This document shows positions 1 through 9,411 of a DNA stretch of 64,000 bases, in pieces (positions within the stretch are counted from its first letter, which is position 1; the number at the start of each line of letters is the position of its first letter). Source of the stretch: Lachnospiraceae bacterium (GTDB taxonomy: Bacteria > Bacillota > Clostridia > Lachnospirales > Lachnospiraceae); the NCBI GenBank assembly GCA_017417105.1, contig JAFPZU010000005.1:16978-80977 (forward strand), written 5' to 3'. Below the pieces are notes generated by a model. That model searched no databases, was not told the origin of the DNA, and was given only the letters and a program-made list of their open reading frames with translations. Made by a program: the position numbers and the translations under genes.

Positions 1-593
1 TGGACGGCAAGGAGGCAGCGGCATCAAGAAAGGCAAGGGAGCGGGGAAAGCAGGTGAAGACCTCCATGAAGCGGCGCCTTGAAGGTGAGCTTACCGAGAT
101 GACGGGGATCGCATACCGCAAAGCCCGGGGCATAAAGATGGAGGGCTTTACAAGGATAGAGGATGCAAAGGAAGGACTTAAGAACGCAGGCGGAGACAGC
201 TCGGAAGAGTACAAAGACTTCAGTAAAAGCTTTGACCGCTACAATAACGGGATGCAGAAGCTTGGACTTAAGCCCGGCAGGGATGATATAAATCTTGCCG
301 TATCCAACGAGCTTAAGGATAGATGCAACGAAGCGCTGGAGGCCGCCGACAGGTTTTTGAAGTCGAAAGCCGGAGACGAAAAGACAAGGAGCGCAGTGCT
401 TAATGCGAAGGAGGCGCTTCTTAAGGATATGAAGATACTTGAGAAGAATATCAGCGAAAAGCTGGACGATGAAGCAAAGAGGATAAAGCTTACGGAGCTT
501 TTTTCCGAAGATGATATAAAGGATCCTGATAAAAAATCCGATAATGAAAACGATGATGAAAATGACGGATCCGATACCGGGGAAGATACGTGA
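1..593 (+). CDS. C-terminal part of a helical, charged hypothetical protein (5'-truncated by window edge)
   Basis: Frame of ORF 54..593 is open back to position 3 with no stop; its stop overlaps the next start (GTGA at 590-593). Confidence 0.7.
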   Translation, partial: DGKEAAASRKARERGKQVKTSMKRRLEGELTEMTGIAYRKARGIKMEGFTRIEDAKEGLKNAGGDSSEEYKDFSKSFDRYNNGMQKLGLKPGRDDINLAVSNELKDRCNEALEAADRFLKSKAGDEKTRSAVLNAKEALLKDMKILEKNISEKLDDEAKRIKLTELFSEDDIKDPDKKSDNENDDENDGSDTGEDT

Positions 594-889
594 AGATAGA
601 AGAAAGCATAGAAAATGGTACAGTCACACTGAAGGTGGAAGGAAACATAACCAGCTATCAGGGGGCTGAGTTCTTGAATGCCGTGATAGACGCCTCCACC
701 AGGGGGGATCATGTGATCCTTGATCTTACGGAGGTTCAGTCGATGTCCAGCGCGGGACTTCGGGGACTTATAATGGGGTATAAGAACCTCTCGTCAAGGG
801 GAGGGACTCTGGAGCTTAGAGGAGTCAACCAGACCGTCAGGGAAACAATAAAGATCACCGGCCTTGATAAGATGCTTACGAGTGAATAG
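590..889 (+). CDS. STAS-domain anti-sigma-factor antagonist (SpoIIAA/RsbV-like)
   Basis: 99 aa; VILDLTEVQSMSSAGLRGL motif with the phosphorylatable Ser; C-terminal ITGLDKML. Confidence 0.88.
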   Translation: MKIEESIENGTVTLKVEGNITSYQGAEFLNAVIDASTRGDHVILDLTEVQSMSSAGLRGLIMGYKNLSSRGGTLELRGVNQTVRETIKITGLDKMLTSE

Positions 890-1012
890 GTTGGCATGTG
901 GCTTTTTTGTGTCCTACTTTATTGTACGATTACTGTTGAATCTGCTTCAGGCAGTAGCCTGCAGGAGGTTGTTTTGGCAATATGACCGGGAACGTCGGGA
1001 AACGGAGCGGAT

Positions 1013-4000
1013 ATGATTAAAAACAGATTCACTGAAATGAGCCGGGCAAGGAAGAGGGCATTTGCACTGACGCTTGCAGTGGCGGTAGCAGGTACATCCT
1101 TTAATGTAGCGAGCATAGCAACTGAAGCCAGCAATTCAAGGGAGGGAAGAGTCATAACTTCCTTTGAGGAGCTGCCTGAGGATATTGCCCATCAGTATCT
1201 TCCCATAGGTTCTGAGTATGCAGACATAGAGTTCCCCGAAGAGCTCGGGGTCTTCCTTTATTCCACGAAAGATACGGAAAAAGATAAGAAGAAGGAAAAG
1301 AGAGAAAAGGAAGAAAGGAGATCCGGGGAGAAAAAGGAGGAAGAGGACGAGGAAGAAACGTCCGGGGAGTCCGGAGAGGATAAGGGCAACGAAGATAAGA
1401 GCCGCATAACAACAACTGAACCGGTATCCGAAACACCCGGGGAAAGCATTGGACCCGGGGAGGATAACAGACCTGAAAGCAGTGAAACAGGCGGTGAAGA
1501 AAAGCCTGAAGAAGCGGATACAAAGGACAGTTCTGAACCAGGGGATGAGAGCGGGACAAAGGAAGAGGATTCTGATACCAAAGAACCGGAAGACGGAAGC
1601 AGTGAGAGCGCTGACACGAGTGATGCGGAAGGAAGAAACGGGTTAAGTCTGTTCACCGGTGTAAGGGCGATGTTTCAGCCGGTTAAGGCATATGCTGCAG
1701 AACCTTCAGAAAACACCGAAGAAACCGAGGATAAAGAGCCTTCCAAGGAGGAAGGAGAAGAAAAAGAGCCCGATGGGGAGGATGCAGCAGATGAGCCGTC
1801 ATCTGAGCAGCCGGCTGGGGTGAAACCTGAATCTGATGGGGGAGCTTTTGAGGAAAAAGCTTCAGAGCAGGCACCGGAAGAAAAAAAGAGCGGGGAAACC
1901 ATGGAACAGACAGAAGTTCCTTCAGGGGAAAGCGTGTCTGATAACGATAAGGACGTAAAAAACGACGGGAAGGAAGATGAGGAAATTCCCGAAAAGCTTT
2001 CTGCGGGAATACCCGGAACACTTGAAAATGTCAGATGGAGAATTGACAGGGACAGAAGTGCCTACAGCCGTTTCCAGGCAATAAAGGCCGGAGACGAATT
2101 TGTTTTTATTCCCAGTATCAGATCCAACCTTAAGGTCGAGTGCGATCTTCCCTCCATCATCGTGACGATAACGGAGCAGGAGGAGACAGTAAGCGAAAAC
2201 AGCGTATCCGAGGATCAGATACCGGAAGATACGGCCTCTCCGGCTTTCAGCCAGATGATGGTGATAGGAGGCGTAAGGGTTTCGGTAGAGGCTCCCGAAG
2301 GAGTATTTCCGGAGGGATCCGTGCTTCATGTGAAGAAGGTCGATGGAAATTCCGGAATAGAAGAATTTGTGCGCTCAGACATGGGACTTTCAGAAACGGA
2401 AGAAAGTACAAGCGATAATGAAGCAGAAAAAGGGTACGACACCGAACTTAAGCTTGTTTCCTTTGACATAACGATCAGTGATGTGAGCGGCAATGAGATC
2501 CAGCCCGATACCGAATACGGCGAGGCAAGGGTTACTTTCTCACAGGTAGACCTTATATCGGATTATCTTAATAAGCCCGGGACCGAGACGGCGGGTTCGC
2601 TTACTTCGGGAAATGAAGGCGGTGCAAAGAAGAGCTTCAGGGGATATCATTTTGAGGACGGCTTTGATGTGGCGGAAAGTCTTCAATTTGACATAGACGA
2701 AGGAGAAAATGCAGCTTCGGTCAACGCTGACCATTTCTCGATATACACTCTGGCTGCAGGAGCAGCTGAGGCTTCGGTTTCCCTTGATGAGTGTACCATT
2801 AAGCTTCCCCAGGAGGTTTATGCCTATACAGGTTCGGAGATAGAGCCTTCCGTATCGGTAACGTACGGGAAGAAGACTCTTGCCGAGAGTAAGGATTATA
2901 CCCTCTCGCTTTCAAATAACGTTGCAGTTGCTTCAGCAACGGATGAAAAAGCGCCAACAGTCACGGTCACCGGTATGGGGAACTATACAGGAAGCAGGGA
3001 ACTCAAATTTACGATAAAGGAACTTCCTTCCGGAAGCATTACGGTAGGAGGAACAACCTGGACCGGATTCCAGGGGAAGAATGAGACAGGGATCACTATA
3101 AAAACTCCCCAGAGCGTTACGATAAAGGCCACAGGCGTATCGTCAAATACTATTAAGAGCGTGCAGTATGTAATATCGGACACCTTCTACGGCACCACTA
3201 AAGAGCTGGATGCCTCGGTTCTTTCCTGGAATACGTACAATGATGCCGAAAAGCCGCAGATAACAAAGGACGGTACATACTATGTATATGCGAAGGTGAC
3301 TGATTCCGGAGATAATGTCCTGTATCTTTCCAGCAAGAAGATTACAAAGAAGGCATCAAACGCTACTCTTAAGATAGAAGTCATGGATCATAAATATGAT
3401 GTGCTTCAGGGTGTCCAGGAGATAGACGACTATACGAATGAGATGAAGAAGATAACCATCACCTCCAGCGGAGGAGGGGATATCTGGTATTTCATCACTG
3501 ACAAGTTCTTTACCTCCACCAGCGAGATAGAAAATGAGGCCACGAATTCCAAGCTTACTGTGGGAACGACGGGAACCATAACAACGACAAACAGCAGCAA
3601 ATGGTCCAAGTATGATTCAAATTCCAAACCGGGGCTTATAAGGAACAAACTGAATTATATCTATGCGAAGACTGCATACAAGGGTTCTGACGGAAACGAG
3701 ACCACGGTGTATATATCCTCTAAAGGGATCTGGGAAGACGAAAAGAAACCCAAGGTTTCAAGTATCGCCACAACGCCGAAGGCGACCACGGCGCAGGTTA
3801 CGGTAAAAGGAAGTGATAATGAGAGCGGTATAAAGGATTATTATCTTCAGTATAAGGGCAAGGATGATCCGGCGCCAAAGGCAGAGGACGTGAAGAATTC
3901 GGGAACAAAGAGCGAGGACGGAAAGTATGATCTTTCCGGGCTTAAGGCAAAGACACAGTATGTGCTCTATGCTGTTGTTACCGATAAGGCAGGGAATATC

Positions 4001-5008
4001 AGTGAAGTAAAGAGCGGCAAGATGACAACGCAAAAGGATGAGACGGCTTCGGCAGCCCAGAAGAAGGCTGCTGCAGCAGCTGCAGCGGCTGCTGCTGCAG
4101 GAGGAGGAGCGAACGGATCCGGGAAGACCTCTGCCGGAAGGAGCGGGGATTCCGGCAAGGATTCAGAAGGTCAGGGAAGCAGTAAGGATAAAGCGGGTGA
4201 AGATGCAAAGAACGGAACGGAGGCATCGGCAGAAGAAGAAAATATTAAAACAGGGATTCCGTACATATTGGATGCAACAGGCGGGATAGCAATCGGTAAG
4301 GCTAACACCAGCGGCTGGGAGCGTATAACAAAAGAAATTGAAAAAGCAACGGCTCCGGCGGAAGTTACCGTGGATATGAACGGGGAGACGATCGTACCGC
4401 AGAAGCTTCTTTCGGATATCTCCGATCAGGATATGACTGTATCCTTCCTTATGGGAGATGATATAACCTGGACGGTAAACGGACTTTCCTTTACGGAGGA
4501 TACGAAAGAAAACATAGATTTCAGGGTCAGAAAGAATACGAAGAACATTCCTTCCCAGCTTGTAAACGAAATTGCGGGAGTCTATCCCCATACCAATCTT
4601 ACGCTTACGCATACGGGAAACTTTGGCTTTACTGCACTGATGAGACTGAATCTTGGAACGTCAAATAAGGGACTTTACGCAAATCTTTATTATTACAATG
4701 AAGCGAGCGGAGGACTTGACTTTATTGATTCGGTGCAAATAAGCGAAGCCGGGAATGCAGACTTTAAATTTACCCATGCATCCGACTATACTGTGGTAGT
4801 AAGAGGCGAGGCCTTAACGGCCAAGACTGCATCGGCTCTTTTGGGATCGGACGATGGCGGAGATGAGGCTAATAATGTAGTTTCCGCTACAAACAGTGTA
4901 AAAGCGGGTCAGAGACTCTGGATCATGATAATCAGCGTGGTGAGTCTGGCGCTCTGCGGACTGATCTTATTCCTTCCTGACAGGAAAAGGAAGGCAAGAA
5001 CCGCATAG
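1013..5008 (+). CDS. Large cell-surface protein: signal peptide, acidic low-complexity region, Ig/FN3-like beta domains, C-terminal membrane anchor
   Basis: N-terminal RKR + hydrophobic stretch; FN3-like LSGLKAKTQYVLYAVVTDKAGN; C-terminal TM followed by RKRKAR; no LPXTG. Confidence 0.8.
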   Translation: MIKNRFTEMSRARKRAFALTLAVAVAGTSFNVASIATEASNSREGRVITSFEELPEDIAHQYLPIGSEYADIEFPEELGVFLYSTKDTEKDKKKEKREKEERRSGEKKEEEDEEETSGESGEDKGNEDKSRITTTEPVSETPGESIGPGEDNRPESSETGGEEKPEEADTKDSSEPGDESGTKEEDSDTKEPEDGSSESADTSDAEGRNGLSLFTGVRAMFQPVKAYAAEPSENTEETEDKEPSKEEGEEKEPDGEDAADEPSSEQPAGVKPESDGGAFEEKASEQAPEEKKSGETMEQTEVPSGESVSDNDKDVKNDGKEDEEIPEKLSAGIPGTLENVRWRIDRDRSAYSRFQAIKAGDEFVFIPSIRSNLKVECDLPSIIVTITEQEETVSENSVSEDQIPEDTASPAFSQMMVIGGVRVSVEAPEGVFPEGSVLHVKKVDGNSGIEEFVRSDMGLSETEESTSDNEAEKGYDTELKLVSFDITISDVSGNEIQPDTEYGEARVTFSQVDLISDYLNKPGTETAGSLTSGNEGGAKKSFRGYHFEDGFDVAESLQFDIDEGENAASVNADHFSIYTLAAGAAEASVSLDECTIKLPQEVYAYTGSEIEPSVSVTYGKKTLAESKDYTLSLSNNVAVASATDEKAPTVTVTGMGNYTGSRELKFTIKELPSGSITVGGTTWTGFQGKNETGITIKTPQSVTIKATGVSSNTIKSVQYVISDTFYGTTKELDASVLSWNTYNDAEKPQITKDGTYYVYAKVTDSGDNVLYLSSKKITKKASNATLKIEVMDHKYDVLQGVQEIDDYTNEMKKITITSSGGGDIWYFITDKFFTSTSEIENEATNSKLTVGTTGTITTTNSSKWSKYDSNSKPGLIRNKLNYIYAKTAYKGSDGNETTVYISSKGIWEDEKKPKVSSIATTPKATTAQVTVKGSDNESGIKDYYLQYKGKDDPAPKAEDVKNSGTKSEDGKYDLSGLKAKTQYVLYAVVTDKAGNISEVKSGKMTTQKDETASAAQKKAAAAAAAAAAAGGGANGSGKTSAGRSGDSGKDSEGQGSSKDKAGEDAKNGTEASAEEENIKTGIPYILDATGGIAIGKANTSGWERITKEIEKATAPAEVTVDMNGETIVPQKLLSDISDQDMTVSFLMGDDITWTVNGLSFTEDTKENIDFRVRKNTKNIPSQLVNEIAGVYPHTNLTLTHTGNFGFTALMRLNLGTSNKGLYANLYYYNEASGGLDFIDSVQISEAGNADFKFTHASDYTVVVRGEALTAKTASALLGSDDGGDEANNVVSATNSVKAGQRLWIMIISVVSLALCGLILFLPDRKRKARTA

Positions 5009-5019
5009 CGTGAAATAAC

Positions 5020-5838
5020 ATGAATATCATCGTGGCGGATGATGAAAAGCTGGCGCTTGAGGGAATGATGAGCACGGTTATAAAGGCGGTTCCTGAAGCC
5101 AGGGTTCACGGCTACAGACAGGCTGAAGCCGTACTGGAGGCTACGCGGAATATGCCGGAGCCTGTAGATGTAGCCTTTCTTGATATTGAAATGCGGGGAA
5201 TGAGCGGAATGGAGCTTGCCAGAAAGCTTATGGATATCTTTCCTGATATCAATATCGTCTTTGTGACAGGATATTCCGAGTATTCACTTGAAGCTCTTCA
5301 AATACATGCAAGCGGCTATGTCATGAAGCCCGTGACCGTTGAAAAGATACGAAAAGAGCTGGAGGTTTTAAGGCATCCGGTTTCTACCAGGGAGGATCAG
5401 GGGTCAAAGGGATTGCATATCAGAACCTTCGGTAACTTCGAGGTTCTTATTGACAACGCGCCGGCAGTTTTTAAGTATCAGAAAACAAAGGAGCTTTTCG
5501 CGTATCTTATTGACAGGCGCGGGTCGATGTGCAGCAACAGTGAGATAATCTCCGTGCTCTGGGAAGATGATGATGACGGGAAAATGCATATCTCATATCT
5601 TAAGAATATCCGGACTGATCTTCTAAACGTGCTGGCTTCCTGTAAGATGGAGGACTGTGTTGTAAGAAGCAGAGGGGAGATCGGCGTACGCTGCGACATG
5701 ATAAGCTGTGATTATTTTAACTTCCTCGACGGGAAGCCCGGAACGGAGCCCTTCAGAGGAGAGTACATGACGCAGTATTCCTGGGCGGAGTATACCCTGG
5801 CCTCACTTTTGCAGTTATCTGAGAAGGGGCATAATTGA
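5020..5838 (+). CDS. Response regulator (REC + winged-helix/SARP-like output domain)
   Basis: IVADDE, AFLDIEM, FVTGYSEY, GYVMKP receiver motifs; output region begins LHIRTFGNFEV. Confidence 0.9.
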   Translation: MNIIVADDEKLALEGMMSTVIKAVPEARVHGYRQAEAVLEATRNMPEPVDVAFLDIEMRGMSGMELARKLMDIFPDINIVFVTGYSEYSLEALQIHASGYVMKPVTVEKIRKELEVLRHPVSTREDQGSKGLHIRTFGNFEVLIDNAPAVFKYQKTKELFAYLIDRRGSMCSNSEIISVLWEDDDDGKMHISYLKNIRTDLLNVLASCKMEDCVVRSRGEIGVRCDMISCDYFNFLDGKPGTEPFRGEYMTQYSWAEYTLASLLQLSEKGHN

Positions 5839-6593
5839 TGGATGCCGCTGTCGTGATCCTTGTTTTAATGGTCGTTTTCATTTCCGTTCTGTATCTTGTG
5901 ACTGTTAACAGGCTGAACAAAGAAAGAGAGCTTCGCCGGGAGGCGGAGAGCAGGGAAAAGGATCAGGAAAAAATCAATGCAAACTCCGGCAGGGAAAATA
6001 ACGGAAACGCAATGGATCTTATGCAATCAAGACTTACCCTGTCGCAGATAGGACCTCATTTCATTTTTAATTCCCTTAATGCCATACATTATCTCTGTGA
6101 GAAGGATACGGTCGCCGCTCAGAACGCGATCGAAGATTTTTCGCTGTATCTTCGGGAAAACATGGACTCTATGAAAAGCCAGGTTCCCATACCTTTTCTG
6201 CAGGAGCTTGATCATGTGGAAACCTATATAAAGCTTGAAAAGCTCAGGTACGGAGACGACCTTAATGTGGAATATGAGATAATCGCAACAGACTTTGGAG
6301 TGCCTGCGCTTTCGGTACAGGCTATGGTGGAAAACGCCGCTCATTACGGGCTCAGCAAAAAGGAAGGCGGCGGGACGATCAAGATTATTTCGCTGGAAGG
6401 GCGGGATAACTGGTGCGTCCAGGTGATTGACGACGGCGTAGGGTTCGACCCCGACAGTGATGTCACTGACGGGAGAAGTCACACGGGAATAAGGAATGTG
6501 CGAGCCCTGCTTCGAACCATGTGTAATGGAACGCTGGATATTATTTCAAGTCCCGGAAAAGGGGCTTGTGTCATGATAAGAATTCCCAAATAA
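5838..6593 (+). CDS. LytS/YehU-type histidine kinase, single TM, no sensor domain
   Basis: SQIGPHFIFNSLNAI H-box, QAMVENAAHYG N-box, DDGVGF, TGIRNV; TGATG overlap with the regulator stop. Confidence 0.88.
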   Translation: MDAAVVILVLMVVFISVLYLVTVNRLNKERELRREAESREKDQEKINANSGRENNGNAMDLMQSRLTLSQIGPHFIFNSLNAIHYLCEKDTVAAQNAIEDFSLYLRENMDSMKSQVPIPFLQELDHVETYIKLEKLRYGDDLNVEYEIIATDFGVPALSVQAMVENAAHYGLSKKEGGGTIKIISLEGRDNWCVQVIDDGVGFDPDSDVTDGRSHTGIRNVRALLRTMCNGTLDIISSPGKGACVMIRIPK

Positions 6594-6680
6594 TTTTTGT
6601 TTCTCTTCTGTATCCCTTTTGTGTCCTATGGTTTGCTACCATATGCGGGTGGTATTTTGCCTTTTTTGGCGACGTATTGG

Positions 6681-6708
6681 TTGACAGGTAGACAGATTAT
6701 GGTATAAG
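6681..6708 (+). promoter_or_regulatory. Putative sigma-A promoter of the CIS operon
   Basis: TTGACA (6681-6686), 16-nt spacer ending TGG, TATAAG (6703-6708), shortly upstream of ATG 6746. Confidence 0.6.
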
Positions 6709-6745
6709 GCTTTGCTGCCCTATACCGGAACAGGAAAGGAAGCTT

Positions 6746-8554
6746 ATGAGCAGCACGCAGTTGTACCCTTTTGAAAGGAACCGCTATTATCCGGGAAAGA
6801 TGCTCACCAGTGTGGATTTTCAGGCTGAGCAGGACTACTACATTAACAAAGAAAGATTTATGAACGGGCTGATGTTCGGCCACGGAATAGTCTGCGGACT
6901 GGGAGTCCAGGGGATTGATGACCAGTCGATAATAGTCGAAAGCGGAGTTGCCATAGATGCCGGCGGACGAGAGATCGTTCTTGATACATCGGTGGTAAAG
7001 AAGCTGTCGGCGATAGAGGGGTTTGACTCAATAGACGGCGACAATGCCTGCCTTCGTATAAGATACAGGGAACAGGATGTACACAGTGTATATTCCGTAA
7101 GTCACAAGACGGACGACAAGGAATACGAGTACAACAGGATCACCGAAGGCTATGAGCTTTTCCTTGCGAATGCAGATGATGAGGAAGAAAGGGAAGAGCC
7201 TGTCAATGAATTCCTTTGCAGGGAGAAGCTTTTCAAAAGCGAGAATTTTGAAGGGGAGCTTTCGATACCTGCCACAGTCTGCAAAGGACGCAATGCGAAG
7301 ATAACACTTGAGATAAAAAAGCTTTCAAAGGAAGAAGTGAGACTTTCCTGCAGGGGAATGCTGGAGGTTCCGGCTTTCCTTTCCGAAGCCGGCGAACACA
7401 GTATCGAGATCGGGGTAGAAGATCTGACACTTGAGGAAGGCGAGGTCTTCAGTAAAGATTACTGGGTCAAGGTTTCCGCTACGGATTATGAGGAGACCGA
7501 TGTCATATTAAGGAGCGGCTCCGCTCAGGTCTTTGAAAACGAGAACGCCGTCAGCGCTCCTGCAAATTTTGCAATGAAAATAATGCTGTCGGATATAAGA
7601 CCGCTTGAACTTGTGTCAAGGGAAACCGGAAAGGTGAACCTTGAGGCAAGACAGGGGACGATAGCCGAACCCTCCATAGCGCTTGCCGGGATAAAACTCG
7701 TAAGAACGACCACTGCATATATCATTGACAGCGTAATCGAGACGGGGGTCAAACATTATCTGGTTCCGCCTTCGGGAGAGCTTTTAAGAAACCGCTATCT
7801 TTCTTATTTCATAAAAGAAGTGGATCTTGAAAGACGTGTGGACGGAAGAAATAACGAAGTAAGGATGCAGGCCCCCAAGGAGACGGGAGAATTTTCCAAT
7901 ATAGCAACCGGAACGCTTGAGATACCGCTTGGCCGGAATGCCAGAGCCGGGGATATCCGTTATTCCGGAGAGATAGCACATGGACTGGGCAAGGGGAATG
8001 TCTATGTTGATATCGGCTACGATTATGTATCCGGTGACGCCGAGATGGGAGTTAATTCAAAGAGCACCATATATGGCAATCCCGATCTTTTCAGCAGGCA
8101 GACAGGACGCCTGGTTGATGTCGAGACCGCTGTCAAGGTGCTTAATGAAAAAGGGAGCTTTGTAGTTGCGGCAAAGCTTAAGGATAATGTTGACTATCTG
8201 GTTTTAAGCTTCAGATGGGTGGCAATAAGATTCCCGCAGAGTGATGACATCGAGACCACGGAGGATTACTACGATAAGAGCATATCCGTCGATACGCCGA
8301 CTGTCGTCATGGGAACGAAGGAGACCCATTTCTTCGGAGTCCGGTTCCACAACATGAAAAACTGCAGCATAAGCTATGAATTGACGTCACCCGGAAGCGG
8401 CGAGATAAGCTCTGACGGAATATATACTGCTCCATCCAAGGACGGTGTATACGAGATAAGGATATACTGTACGGATATGCCGGTCATCTGCACCTATGCC
8501 TATGCCATAGTAAAGAGGCAGATCTCCGACGGAAAGGCTGAAACAGAAGAATGA
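6746..8554 (+). CDS. CIS-associated protein with baseplate-docking/tail-fibre-type N-terminus and C-terminal Ig-like domain
   Basis: N-terminal FERNRYYPGKMLTSVDFQAEQDY...GHGIVCGL...GVAIDAGGREI resembles a motif recurrent in eCIS loci; C-terminal GEISSDGIYTAP. Confidence 0.6.
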   Translation: MSSTQLYPFERNRYYPGKMLTSVDFQAEQDYYINKERFMNGLMFGHGIVCGLGVQGIDDQSIIVESGVAIDAGGREIVLDTSVVKKLSAIEGFDSIDGDNACLRIRYREQDVHSVYSVSHKTDDKEYEYNRITEGYELFLANADDEEEREEPVNEFLCREKLFKSENFEGELSIPATVCKGRNAKITLEIKKLSKEEVRLSCRGMLEVPAFLSEAGEHSIEIGVEDLTLEEGEVFSKDYWVKVSATDYEETDVILRSGSAQVFENENAVSAPANFAMKIMLSDIRPLELVSRETGKVNLEARQGTIAEPSIALAGIKLVRTTTAYIIDSVIETGVKHYLVPPSGELLRNRYLSYFIKEVDLERRVDGRNNEVRMQAPKETGEFSNIATGTLEIPLGRNARAGDIRYSGEIAHGLGKGNVYVDIGYDYVSGDAEMGVNSKSTIYGNPDLFSRQTGRLVDVETAVKVLNEKGSFVVAAKLKDNVDYLVLSFRWVAIRFPQSDDIETTEDYYDKSISVDTPTVVMGTKETHFFGVRFHNMKNCSISYELTSPGSGEISSDGIYTAPSKDGVYEIRIYCTDMPVICTYAYAIVKRQISDGKAETEE

Positions 8555-9393
8555 TCTACGCTTCCGGCAGCTTAAAGCTTAAAGAGGTTTCTACGGTCAG
8601 TGAAGGAGAGATCAACGATAACTATCTCGTAAAAGAGGAGGGGTCGGGAAACGGTCTTCTCTATAACCTTGTGCTTATAAAGGATCACAAGACTGTAAGA
8701 ACGCTGCTGGATGTGATCCGCACCGCGAAGATTCAGGGAGACAGCCCGATAATCGATAAGTTTTCGGTCAGCGACAGCTATGCTCTTGTTTTCCCCTACA
8801 GAGCGGAGAGACCGCTTAGGGATTTCTTTGTAAGCGAGGCGGAAGATCTTGCAACCTGCGAGCTTGTCTGCGCCAACGTGATACTGGCCTGCATCTCGGC
8901 GGGGCTGCCTTATCCGCTCCTGTTCCTTTTGCTGAGGCAGGGGAGAATCAATATATCAAAGGATTACAATATTTACCTGACCTACAATATTGATCTTTAC
9001 ACGCTTGATCCGTCAAAGACCGAAAGGGACTGTGCATCGGAGTGCGCCGCAATACTTCTTGAGATACTTCAGTCGAAGCCTGACAGCAAGAATGTAGCGT
9101 ACGAGATCCTTTCAAAGAAATCGGCAAACCGCAGCTATAACGGTTTTACCGATCTTTACAGGGATATGATGATAGCCTCGACGCCGGAGAAGAAAAGGGG
9201 CATCTTCAGCAGGATAAAAGCCTTCTTTTACAGGAACAGAGACACGATCTTCGGGCTTTTGTTCTGGATCTGCCTGATACTTGGGATAATAGCGCTGATG
9301 CTGCTTTTTTCTCATCTGTTTATAGGAGATGTGCCGATACTCAGGATCTTATTCAACAGCTTTAAGACTATAGGCACGGAAAGCTTAGGGTAG
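8551..9393 (+). CDS. Membrane protein with possible pseudokinase-like cytoplasmic domain and C-terminal TM
   Basis: ATGA overlap with the upstream gene; LVFPYRAERPLRDF hinge-like segment, no HRD/DFG; TM IFGLLFWICLILGIIALMLLFSHLFI. Confidence 0.55.
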   Translation: MIYASGSLKLKEVSTVSEGEINDNYLVKEEGSGNGLLYNLVLIKDHKTVRTLLDVIRTAKIQGDSPIIDKFSVSDSYALVFPYRAERPLRDFFVSEAEDLATCELVCANVILACISAGLPYPLLFLLLRQGRINISKDYNIYLTYNIDLYTLDPSKTERDCASECAAILLEILQSKPDSKNVAYEILSKKSANRSYNGFTDLYRDMMIASTPEKKRGIFSRIKAFFYRNRDTIFGLLFWICLILGIIALMLLFSHLFIGDVPILRILFNSFKTIGTESLG

Positions 9394-9411
9394 GAAGGAA
9401 AGACGATAAAA

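Noticed and set aside
4067-4099. Poly-Ala GCN run as a phase-variation tract
   Set aside because: Mixed-codon triplet run; length change would not shift the frame; an ordinary linker.
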